Positions 31,825 to 40,073 of a DNA stretch of 50,468 nucleotides are shown in pieces. The translations under genes were made by a program, and so were the position numbers. The notes under the pieces were generated by a model. The model was not told the origin of the DNA, ran no database searches, and saw nothing but the letters and a program-made list of their open reading frames with translations. How positions within the stretch are numbered: the first letter of the stretch is position 1; the number at the start of each line of letters is the position of its first letter. Origin of the DNA: Candidatus Planktophila sp. (lineage in GTDB: Bacteria; Actinomycetota; Actinomycetes; Nanopelagicales; Nanopelagicaceae); NCBI GenBank assembly GCA_044378655.1, contig JBILXJ010000001.1, forward strand, positions 1-50,468, in the 5' to 3' direction.

Positions 31825-32977
31825 GGTACAAAAACGTGCGCGACTGGCAGTTACGGCGACGTTTATTACTAATGGGTTAGTCGTAGGTGCTTTTGTTGCC
31901 AGAATTCCAGATATCAAGAACGCCTTAGATATTTCGAACTCAACTTTGAGTCTGTGCTTATTGGCCAGCTCGTTGGGTGTTTTTGCAGCTTTGCCAGTGG
32001 CAGGCAAACTGTGCGCAAAGTTCGGCAGCTCACCGATAGCTTTCTATGGCACCCTGGCTATGGTTTTTGCGTGGACGCTACAGAGTTTTGCGTTCTTCTC
32101 TGTTTGGGCATTCGCAATCACCGCTTTTTTGGCTGGCTACACGTTAGCTACGCAAGATGTAGCAATGAATTCACATGCAGTCACGCTTGAACATCAAAGC
32201 TCACTTCGCTTGATGAGCGTTTTTCACGGGATGTTTTCACTTGGTGGTTTATTTGGTGGAATCATCGGGGGAGTTTGCTCGCAAATTGGAGTTAGCTATC
32301 GTTGGCAAACACTAATTCTTTGCGTTGGTATAACTTTTACTGCTTTTATTGTGCGGAATCTTTGGTTACCTGGTTCGGTAGACATTCACGAGCTAACACC
32401 TGGAACAAAGAAACGGCGGCCGGCGCTTATTTGGTTGTTCGGAATATTTGGATTGTGTTCAACAATTGGTGAGGGCGCGGTAGGCGATTGGGGTGGAGTA
32501 CTGACCCGCGAAACCTATGACGCAACTCCGTTTGTAAGCGCTATTCCATATATCGTCTTTTCTGCAACGATGATTATTGGTCGTTTCTCGGGCGATTTTC
32601 TGGCAACGAAATTCGGAGCAGCAAGAGTATTAGCTAGCGGGGGATTGATCGCCTCAATTGGAATGACCAGCGGATTGCTGCTTAATTCAACTGGCGGTGT
32701 AATCCTGGGCTGGTTCTGGATGGGAACTGGCCTTTCTGTTGCAATCCCACTTCTATTTAGCGCTGTTGGCACGATGGCAAACACTCGTTTTGCGGGGCAA
32801 ATACCGCCAGCGCAAGCGGTGGCCATGGTTTCTGGAATCTCTTACTTCGGTTTTATTGTGGGCCCACCATTTATTGGTTTCATCTCAGATGCAACATCGC
32901 TGCGCGCAGCGCTCTTTATTCCAGCGTTATTGGCACTGGCAATTGTTGCAAGTGCAAGATTTGCTAAGAGCGCTTAG
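31814..32977 (+). CDS. MFS transporter
   Basis: About 12 TM helices, DVAMNS, MSVFHGMFSLG, EGAVGDW, GRFSGD, GPPFIG. Confidence 0.9.
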   Translation: MLTEVQKRARLAVTATFITNGLVVGAFVARIPDIKNALDISNSTLSLCLLASSLGVFAALPVAGKLCAKFGSSPIAFYGTLAMVFAWTLQSFAFFSVWAFAITAFLAGYTLATQDVAMNSHAVTLEHQSSLRLMSVFHGMFSLGGLFGGIIGGVCSQIGVSYRWQTLILCVGITFTAFIVRNLWLPGSVDIHELTPGTKKRRPALIWLFGIFGLCSTIGEGAVGDWGGVLTRETYDATPFVSAIPYIVFSATMIIGRFSGDFLATKFGAARVLASGGLIASIGMTSGLLLNSTGGVILGWFWMGTGLSVAIPLLFSAVGTMANTRFAGQIPPAQAVAMVSGISYFGFIVGPPFIGFISDATSLRAALFIPALLALAIVASARFAKSA

Positions 32978-32983
32978 TCGAAC

Positions 32984-34630
32984 TTACTTACTAGCCAGAC
33001 GGGCTTCGCGACGAATGCGTTGTTCAGCAGGATCTGGAACTGGAACTGCTGAGATTAAACGGCGTGTGTACTCACTCTTTGGATGTTGCAAGATCTGATC
33101 GCGATCACCAACTTCAACGAGTACGCCGTTCTGCATTACAGCAATGCGGTGAGCCAAGATGTCAACCACGGCTAAGTCGTGCGAGATGAAGAGACAAGCA
33201 AAGTTTAGTTTGCCTTGAAGTTCTTGCAGTAGATCTAAGAAGCGCGCTTGAACTGATACATCGAGCGCCGAAGTTGGTTCGTCAGCGATTAACAGGTCAG
33301 GCGTTAGCGCAAGCGCGCGAGCGATACCCACGCGTTGGCGTTGACCACCAGATAGTTCGTGTGGGTAGCGGTTACGGTAGCTACGAGGAAGTTCTACTTG
33401 ATCAAGCAGATCTTCAATGCGATGCGCAAGTGCTTCACCCTTTGCTTCACCTGCAAGGAAGAGCGGCTCGCCAATAGATTCACCAATCGGAAGACGCGGG
33501 TTGAGTGATGAAGCTGGATCTTGAAAAACAATTCCAGTATGGCGGCGAATTTTCGAAAGTTCTTTTGCACTTGCGTGGCTTATATCTTTGCCCACGATCT
33601 CAAGGCTTCCGTCTTTAATTGGAATCAAACCAATTGCAGCACGACCAATTGTGGTTTTTCCAGAACCTGATTCACCAACCAGACCAAGGATTTCTCCTGG
33701 ATAGATTTCAAGGCTTACATTTTTCGCTGCAACAAATTCAGGAATGCGGCCACGCTTTGGGTAGGCGACGGTGACATTGTCTAGTTTTAGAACTGGCTGC
33801 GGCTTTGACTTCTCGTTGTACGCAAGTGTGCGTCGCGCTGTCGTGCCAAGTTTTGGAACTGCAGCAAGAAGCTGTTGAGTGTACGGATGAGCTGGTCGAT
33901 TAAAGATTTGATCGGCTGTTCCGTGCTCAACTGTGTGACCATCTTTCATAACCAGAATCTCATCGGCCATATCGGCAACAACGCCCATATCGTGAGTGAT
34001 TAGAAGAATCGCCGAGTTAAGTCGGTCTTTTAAGCTACGCATTAAATCGAGAACTTCAGCCTGAACTGTTACATCGAGAGCAGTAGTTGGTTCGTCTGCG
34101 ACTAGTAGCCCAGGATCACAAGCTAGTGCTTGTGCGATCATCGCACGTTGGCGTTGTCCACCTGATAATTGGTGAGGGTACTTGTCAATTGATGTTTCTG
34201 GATCTGGGATTTCAACCATGGTAATAAGTTCGAGAGCGCGAATGCGAGCTTCTTTAGGACCCATATCGAAGTGGGTGCGCAGAGTTTCGATGATTTGAAA
34301 ACCAATTGTGTAGACCGGGTTTAAAGCCGTCATTGGTTCTTGGAAAATGTAGGCAACTTCTTTACCGCGGTACTTGCGCAGAGTAGATCCCTTTGCGCCT
34401 AGCATTTCTTGGCCTTTAACTTTCACGCTTCCGTACATGCGTGCGTTACTTGCGAGCAGACTCATCAGACCCATGGCTGTTGTTGATTTACCAGAACCAG
34501 ATTCACCAACAATGGCCAGTACTTGTCCTGGGTTTAACTCAAAATTCATGTCAACAGCAGCTGGATACCAAGTGCCATCTACCCAAAACTCAACTGTGAA
34601 ATCTTTAACCTTCAATACTGGTTCGCTCAT
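32984..34630 (-). CDS. Peptide ABC transporter ATP-binding protein, fused OppD/OppF
   Basis: Two NBDs: GESGSGKS / [20 protein letters not shown] / [16 protein letters not shown] twice, HPYT; GAAAGG RBS. Confidence 0.95.
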   Translation of the reverse strand: MSEPVLKVKDFTVEFWVDGTWYPAAVDMNFELNPGQVLAIVGESGSGKSTTAMGLMSLLASNARMYGSVKVKGQEMLGAKGSTLRKYRGKEVAYIFQEPMTALNPVYTIGFQIIETLRTHFDMGPKEARIRALELITMVEIPDPETSIDKYPHQLSGGQRQRAMIAQALACDPGLLVADEPTTALDVTVQAEVLDLMRSLKDRLNSAILLITHDMGVVADMADEILVMKDGHTVEHGTADQIFNRPAHPYTQQLLAAVPKLGTTARRTLAYNEKSKPQPVLKLDNVTVAYPKRGRIPEFVAAKNVSLEIYPGEILGLVGESGSGKTTIGRAAIGLIPIKDGSLEIVGKDISHASAKELSKIRRHTGIVFQDPASSLNPRLPIGESIGEPLFLAGEAKGEALAHRIEDLLDQVELPRSYRNRYPHELSGGQRQRVGIARALALTPDLLIADEPTSALDVSVQARFLDLLQELQGKLNFACLFISHDLAVVDILAHRIAVMQNGVLVEVGDRDQILQHPKSEYTRRLISAVPVPDPAEQRIRREARLASK

Positions 34631-35277
34631 CGAACTACCTTTCGTGAGACACTATTGGTATGACTAATCCGGAGATTTATCGCGCAAGAAGTAGTTACTT
34701 CTTCGCCATTTCCATTTACTTTCTTACTGCTGGTCTGACTGCGCAGAGTTTTTACTTGGAAACCGTCAATAGCTTCATCACAACCCTTAGTTGGTCGCTG
34801 CTGATCAGCTATCTCTTCCACCTGGCCTTTATCCGCCCTAAGGTGACCATCTTTGATGAAGGAATCACAATCACTAATCCATTTCGCGAGATCACTATCG
34901 GTTGGGATCTGGTTCAAGAAATCAGCGCTAAATTCTCTATGTATGTGACGGTCGGCGGCGAGAAAGTTTACGCTTGGGCGGCACAGGCCCCCGGCAGGTA
35001 TCACAGTAGAAATGTTCATGCCACCGAGGTCAGGGGATTGCAAATACCCGACACTAACAACATGCGCGCTGGTGAATCTCCGCGAAGTCACTCTGGAGTA
35101 GCGGTAGCTCTTGCGCGGATTCGCCTCGATGCTTTCGCGAGTACCCAAACTATTGGCGCTACTTATCGTTCTGATTTTAATAGAAACGGTTTCTTTGTTC
35201 TGGCAGCGCTGTTTGCCACCGCGATTCTGGTAACCATTTTCTGAAAGCAGTTCGTTTTCAAAAAGTAAGTTAGACAT
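34627..35277 (-). other. Uninterrupted antisense ORF (216 aa from ATG 35277) linking the oppC stop to the oppD/F start
   Basis: Open frame is in the ORF track (34627..35310). ATG 35277 overlaps the oppC stop (ATGTCTAA); TGA overlaps the oppD/F ATG (ATGA). Product has no recognisable family. Confidence 0.4.
34660..35244 (+). CDS. Membrane protein with bacterial PH-like domain, antisense within the opp operon
   Basis: Two N-terminal TM helices, RPKVTIFDEGITITNPFREITIGWDLV (bPH-like), AWAA, C-terminal TM. Confidence 0.75.
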   Translation: MTNPEIYRARSSYFFAISIYFLTAGLTAQSFYLETVNSFITTLSWSLLISYLFHLAFIRPKVTIFDEGITITNPFREITIGWDLVQEISAKFSMYVTVGGEKVYAWAAQAPGRYHSRNVHATEVRGLQIPDTNNMRAGESPRSHSGVAVALARIRLDAFASTQTIGATYRSDFNRNGFFVLAALFATAILVTIF

Positions 35278-36352
35278 TAGCCGCCGCATTTCGCGCCTGA
35301 ACTTTTGCATTTTCTTTATCTTTTTTAGTCAGGCGTCGACGTTGACGTGGGTCGAATGCATCACGAAGGCCATCACCGATAAAGTTGATCGAAAGAGCGA
35401 TAGTAATAATTAACAGACCTGGCCACCAGAACAGCCATGGGCGAGTGGTGAGCGAGTCTTGGAACTGGCTAATTAGTGAACCAAGTGAAACATCTGGTGC
35501 AACAACACCAAAGCCTAGGAATGAAAGCGCAGTTTCAAGCAAGATCGCACCAGACATCAAAAGAGTGATTGAAACGATGATTACCCCAACAGCATTGGGC
35601 AGAATGTGCTTAAAAATAATTCGGCGATTGCTTGCACCAGCTACTCGCGCAGCATCAACGAATTCCAGCTCTCGCAACTTTAAGAATTCGCCTCGCACCA
35701 AACGTGAAAGTCCCGTCCATGCAAAGAGTCCCAAATAGAAGGCCAGAAAGCCCACACCTAGGTTTCCGAAGTGATAACCAACTACCGAACCGATAATGAT
35801 TGAAGGAATAGTGATGATGAAGTCAGTAAAACGCATCAAGACTGAGTCAACCCAACCACGGAAGTAACCAGAAATTGCGCCAACTGTAATTCCGATAACA
35901 CCGGCAAGTGCGCCAATCACAAATGCCACATAAAGTGAACGTTGCGCCCCACGCATTACCATCGCAAAATAGTCATGACCGATATCGTCTTGGCCAAATG
36001 GGTGCATACCAAGACCCATTCCGGTTCCATCAATAACAGATGGAACTAGATCGATTGTTGGGCAGCCGACAATTCCAGGTGGGCAACCCTCGGTGCGAAG
36101 ATCAAGTAGCTCATCAAAGCCATGCTTCCACCAACCAGGAATTGTCCAAGGACCAATCTTTGTTTCAAGCGCGGTAAAAACCATGGTGATCAGCGAAGCT
36201 AGAACGAAGACGGAAGTCATCGCCGCCTTATGTCGCACAAAGCGACGCAAAACAATCTGTCCCTGGCTTAAACCTTCAGTCTCTTTATTGAAGATGGCTT
36301 GTTCACCGGAGGTCTCTATCTCGACAGCTTTCTTACCTTTGCGAAGAACCAT
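35270..36352 (-). CDS. oppC: Peptide ABC transporter permease OppC/DppC
   Basis: RRFVRHK, HPFGQDDIG, EFVDAARVAGAS, HILPN, ETALSFLGFG, GDGLRDAFDPR. Confidence 0.93.
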   Translation of the reverse strand: MVLRKGKKAVEIETSGEQAIFNKETEGLSQGQIVLRRFVRHKAAMTSVFVLASLITMVFTALETKIGPWTIPGWWKHGFDELLDLRTEGCPPGIVGCPTIDLVPSVIDGTGMGLGMHPFGQDDIGHDYFAMVMRGAQRSLYVAFVIGALAGVIGITVGAISGYFRGWVDSVLMRFTDFIITIPSIIIGSVVGYHFGNLGVGFLAFYLGLFAWTGLSRLVRGEFLKLRELEFVDAARVAGASNRRIIFKHILPNAVGVIIVSITLLMSGAILLETALSFLGFGVVAPDVSLGSLISQFQDSLTTRPWLFWWPGLLIITIALSINFIGDGLRDAFDPRQRRRLTKKDKENAKVQARNAAANV

Positions 36353-37911
36353 TAGTTACCTCCTGAGCCAGCGCGAATTCGCGGATCTAATGCCGAATAA
36401 AGTAGGTCTGCGACTAGATTCGCAGCCACTGCCAAGAAACCAGTCAAGAGGAATACACCCATAAGTAAATTAAGGTCATATGTGTTGATCGCTTGATTAA
36501 AGAGCGTACCCATTCCGATCCAGCCAAAGATGCGTTCGGTAATGATCGCACCACCGATAATCGAAACGAAGTCGACGACCATAATTGTGGTCAGCGGAAT
36601 CATGGTGTTGCGGAAAGCATGTCGCATGATCACAGTACGTTCGGTAAGACCTTTTGCTCGCGCGGTACGCATGTAATCCTGATTAAGAACATCAAGTAGC
36701 GTTCCGCGGGAGAAGCGAACATAACCAGCAAATGAAATCAGCAGAAGCGCCAGCGTAGGCAAGAACATATGCACTAGAGCGTCAAGCAAACTCATCCAGA
36801 AGTTTCCTGGCTCAAGCAAAGCATTCACTTGACCGACAGTTGGAATCGGGCGGAAGTAGACCGCATCAGTTGACATGTACGGCTGCCAGGTTTGCATCAA
36901 CTCATTGATCACAAGCAGGAGACCCATAACAAAGGCTGAAATCATGGAAGTGCGGATAATTGGGCCACGATCAATTTTCGTAAACTTAAGTGGCACTACG
37001 CCGGCGACCACAAAAAGAGTAATTATCATCAACGGATAGATGATTATTTTTCCATCTTGGTCAAACAACCACTGCACTGGGTAGTAAAGAACGACGGCAA
37101 TGGCCGCCATCGCAAGTGAGGATCTGAGTGCAGCCTTATTGCTGATTCCAGTAGAAAGCTGCGTTACTCCGAAGGCGACGCCAACGGATAAGAAAGCGAT
37201 TCCGAACACGCCTAACGAAGGATTAGCGAACCACTTGGTAGTGCTAAGGAAAGACAGAAAAGCAAAGTTAACTACGAAAACGCCAGCAAAGATCTGTAGG
37301 ACTCGAGTGCGTGTTCCGCTAATGATGGCAGACCAGAAAATTCCACTTGCGACACTCAGACCGATAAGCCAAGTGAGCGGAATTGTTGGATTGCCAAGGA
37401 AGTTATTGAACTGAATGGCTAGAAACTCTTTTAGAAGAACCGCAACCCAGAAAATAGGAAGTGAGAACATTAAGAACGAAACGAAAGTCATGGCATAGTC
37501 AAAACGCGAATATTGACGAAGTGCTGTGACGATACCGATTGTGATTCCGAGCAGGATTGCAATGATGGTAGCTGCTGTTACTAGTCGAATCGTTGCTGGT
37601 AGCGCGAGCAGAATTTCATTGATTACGGGTTGTTGTGTGCGGGTTAGCCCGAAGTCTGGCTGTCCAATGAAAATTCCGAGAATTCCACGTAGCCAAAGGA
37701 AATAGCGAAGAGGTGGTGGAACATCCAAATTCAGATCACGGGTAAGGGCAATAATCTGTTGCTGCGCGTTAGGCTCACGGCTCAAGCGCAAGTCTTCAAG
37801 TACATCGCCGGAGATAGCAGCAAGATTGTAGAGAATGAAGCTCGAACCAAAAAGGATAACGAAGAGAACACCTAGGCGCCTGGAAATATAAGCGAACACT
37901 TTTTCAGTCAC
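36352..37911 (-). CDS. oppB: Peptide ABC transporter permease OppB/DppB, with large hydrophobic insertion
   Basis: YISRRL, LDVPPPLRY, DYMRTARAKGL, RHAFRN, ITERIFGW.GMG, DLLYSALDPRIR. Start GTG 37911 or 37899. Confidence 0.92.
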   Translation of the reverse strand: MTEKVFAYISRRLGVLFVILFGSSFILYNLAAISGDVLEDLRLSREPNAQQQIIALTRDLNLDVPPPLRYFLWLRGILGIFIGQPDFGLTRTQQPVINEILLALPATIRLVTAATIIAILLGITIGIVTALRQYSRFDYAMTFVSFLMFSLPIFWVAVLLKEFLAIQFNNFLGNPTIPLTWLIGLSVASGIFWSAIISGTRTRVLQIFAGVFVVNFAFLSFLSTTKWFANPSLGVFGIAFLSVGVAFGVTQLSTGISNKAALRSSLAMAAIAVVLYYPVQWLFDQDGKIIIYPLMIITLFVVAGVVPLKFTKIDRGPIIRTSMISAFVMGLLLVINELMQTWQPYMSTDAVYFRPIPTVGQVNALLEPGNFWMSLLDALVHMFLPTLALLLISFAGYVRFSRGTLLDVLNQDYMRTARAKGLTERTVIMRHAFRNTMIPLTTIMVVDFVSIIGGAIITERIFGWIGMGTLFNQAINTYDLNLLMGVFLLTGFLAVAANLVADLLYSALDPRIRAGSGGN

Positions 37912-37984
37912 GCCTTTCTTGATTACGCAGGGGAGTTGTTAGCCCTGCCGTTCTTGACTTCGGAACCTTATCTTAAAATGTAAT

Positions 37985-38024
37985 GAAAGAGTGGTATCCA
38001 GATTGCTCCAGATACCACTCTTTC
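37985..38024 (-). terminator. Hairpin downstream of oppA (terminator or mRNA stabiliser)
   Basis: gaaagagtggtatc (37985-37998) and gataccactctttc (38011-38024) form a perfect 14-bp stem. Confidence 0.8.
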
Positions 38025-38060
38025 CCTACTAATCTACAAAAACAAACTCACAGAGTGAGA

Positions 38061-39914
38061 TTAGTTCTTGAAGTACCAATCCCATAAGTTCCAAATCAAG
38101 TTTGGAGAGAATGGTGATGGAGCGACGCCCATCAATTTCGCAGAAACACCGTTAGCTGATGGGTGTTGGAATACAGGAAGCGTTACCGCATCCTTAATTA
38201 GTTCCGCATCAACCTGGATGAATTTAGCTTCAATCTGAGCAGGTGTTAGTGGTGACGCACCTAGCTCTTTGTAGATCTTGTCGATTGTTGCATTTGAGTA
38301 ACCCTGAGCATTTGCTTGAGTCTCATATGTTCCAACGTTTCCTGACTGGAATGCTGCGCTCTTTACCCAGGCAAAGAATGCTGCGTCGTACTTTGGATCC
38401 TCAAGGAATGAAGACCAACCAGATGTAGGAGTTACATCGACATCAAAACCAGCCTTTGCCCATTCAGCCTTAGCAAGTTGTGATTGTGATACACGACGTG
38501 AGTTGCTTGGCGCACCGAAAAGAAGTTTGATCTTTACTGATCCGCTTCCGGCTGCTGCATCTGGGTAGTGCTTCTTGACTAGTGCAAGAGCAGTTGCAGT
38601 ACGTGATGCTTGTGTACCTTCGGTGAACTTCGAGACGCCTGACTTAGCGATGATGTTCTTGTAAGAAGGCTCTGAGTTAAAGACCATCAATGAGTTCATC
38701 AACTGTGATGTTGGGTTGATTGGCTTAATGATCTTTTCGATGATCTCTGCACGTGGGTATGCAAGAAGGAAGGCGGTGCGTAGATCCTTAGCTTTCTGTG
38801 ACATTCCAGCGAAAGGACCGTTGTACGGAGCTTGTGTTCCGTATGCAGGACCAACACGTAGATCTAGGTGCTCGTAAACAGCCTGATCTCCACCGATTAC
38901 CTTGACTGCTGGTGCCATCGCCTTAAGTTGTGCGACCGCATCTGCAGTAGGTTGACCAGCGTAAACATCGATTTCGCCATTCTTAAGTGCTTGTGCAGCG
39001 GCGGTTCCATCACCAATAACCTTGAAGACTACGGTGTTGATTGCCTTGACCTTTGGTCCTGAGTTGTACTTAGGGTTACGAACCATTGTTACTGCGCCAT
39101 TAGGAACAGCTGACTTGATCATGTAAGGACCATTACCAACGAGAAGAAGTGGATTTGTTGAAGAATCAATCTTGTTGATGTTGTAATCCTTTGACCAAAC
39201 TGCACCAATCTTCTTCAGTGCTGCTGTGTCATATGACTGGAAGATCTTGTAGAAGCGCTCTTTAGCTGCCATGTTCTCTGCAGCAGTTCCAAGCTTTGTT
39301 TTGCCTTCTAGTGCCATCATTACAAGTGTGTGTACTGGTGATACACCAGGTGAAAGTAGACGCCAATCTGGCACCTTTGCGCTGTATTCAACAGTTACTG
39401 ACATCTTGTCCTTTGACAAGATTGGTAGACCAACTGCGAATTGCTCGTAAAGTCCACCGTAACCAAGTGAGTTAAATGCTGGAGTTACATCTGAATCTGC
39501 AGGATCGCCAAGACCGGCAATCGCTGAGTATGCGTCAGATGAAACAACGTGTGTTAGAAGTAGATCGATACCGTTGATAGGTGTTCCATCTGACCAAACA
39601 CGACCTTTGTTTACTGTGTACTGAACCTTGTAAGGTTTTTGGCTTACAACCTTGTAGGTACCAAAGGCTTTGTTATCAACCAATGTTGCCTTGTCGTTGT
39701 AATAGGTGAAGCCGATACTTGAAAGGTAATTAACATCTGTGTTGAATGTGAGGTTCATGTTTGTAACGCTTGGGTTGATACCTGTTAGCGCGTTACTTTG
39801 AACGATTGAAACTGTGGTCTTAGGGGCTGCATTAGCTGGGCTAAGCAATCCGACAGCAAGACCTGCCGTTGCGGCAGCAGCGATAGCTGCAGTCGCGAGA
39901 CGGTTTAACTTCAT
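38061..39914 (-). CDS. oppA: Family 5 peptide ABC substrate-binding protein
   Basis: WSDGTPI, GNGPY, LVRNP-like MVRNPKY, ALKNGEID, YEHLDL, LPVFQHP. ATG 39914 follows GGAGGA; Sec signal ends in ANA, no Cys. Confidence 0.92.
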   Translation of the reverse strand: MKLNRLATAAIAAAATAGLAVGLLSPANAAPKTTVSIVQSNALTGINPSVTNMNLTFNTDVNYLSSIGFTYYNDKATLVDNKAFGTYKVVSQKPYKVQYTVNKGRVWSDGTPINGIDLLLTHVVSSDAYSAIAGLGDPADSDVTPAFNSLGYGGLYEQFAVGLPILSKDKMSVTVEYSAKVPDWRLLSPGVSPVHTLVMMALEGKTKLGTAAENMAAKERFYKIFQSYDTAALKKIGAVWSKDYNINKIDSSTNPLLLVGNGPYMIKSAVPNGAVTMVRNPKYNSGPKVKAINTVVFKVIGDGTAAAQALKNGEIDVYAGQPTADAVAQLKAMAPAVKVIGGDQAVYEHLDLRVGPAYGTQAPYNGPFAGMSQKAKDLRTAFLLAYPRAEIIEKIIKPINPTSQLMNSLMVFNSEPSYKNIIAKSGVSKFTEGTQASRTATALALVKKHYPDAAAGSGSVKIKLLFGAPSNSRRVSQSQLAKAEWAKAGFDVDVTPTSGWSSFLEDPKYDAAFFAWVKSAAFQSGNVGTYETQANAQGYSNATIDKIYKELGASPLTPAQIEAKFIQVDAELIKDAVTLPVFQHPSANGVSAKLMGVAPSPFSPNLIWNLWDWYFKN

Positions 39915-39986
39915 GTTTCCTCCTAGAGCATAAGAAAAGTGGATGTGAAGAGTCGACATACGTCACAGCCACCTTTGGGTGGGCAA

Positions 39987-40040
39987 AGTCTGCCTTAGAC
40001 GAGGAAATATGGCAATGATCATTAGTAACAATTTGGACAC
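39987..40040 (-). promoter_or_regulatory. Putative oppA promoter with GlnR-like box
   Basis: GTAAC-n6-GACAC at 40025-40040 (plus strand, AC-n9-AC); candidate -10 CAGACT at 39992-39987. Confidence 0.4.
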
Positions 40041-40073
40041 GAATGAGCCTATTTACTGCAAGGTCAGGGTGAT

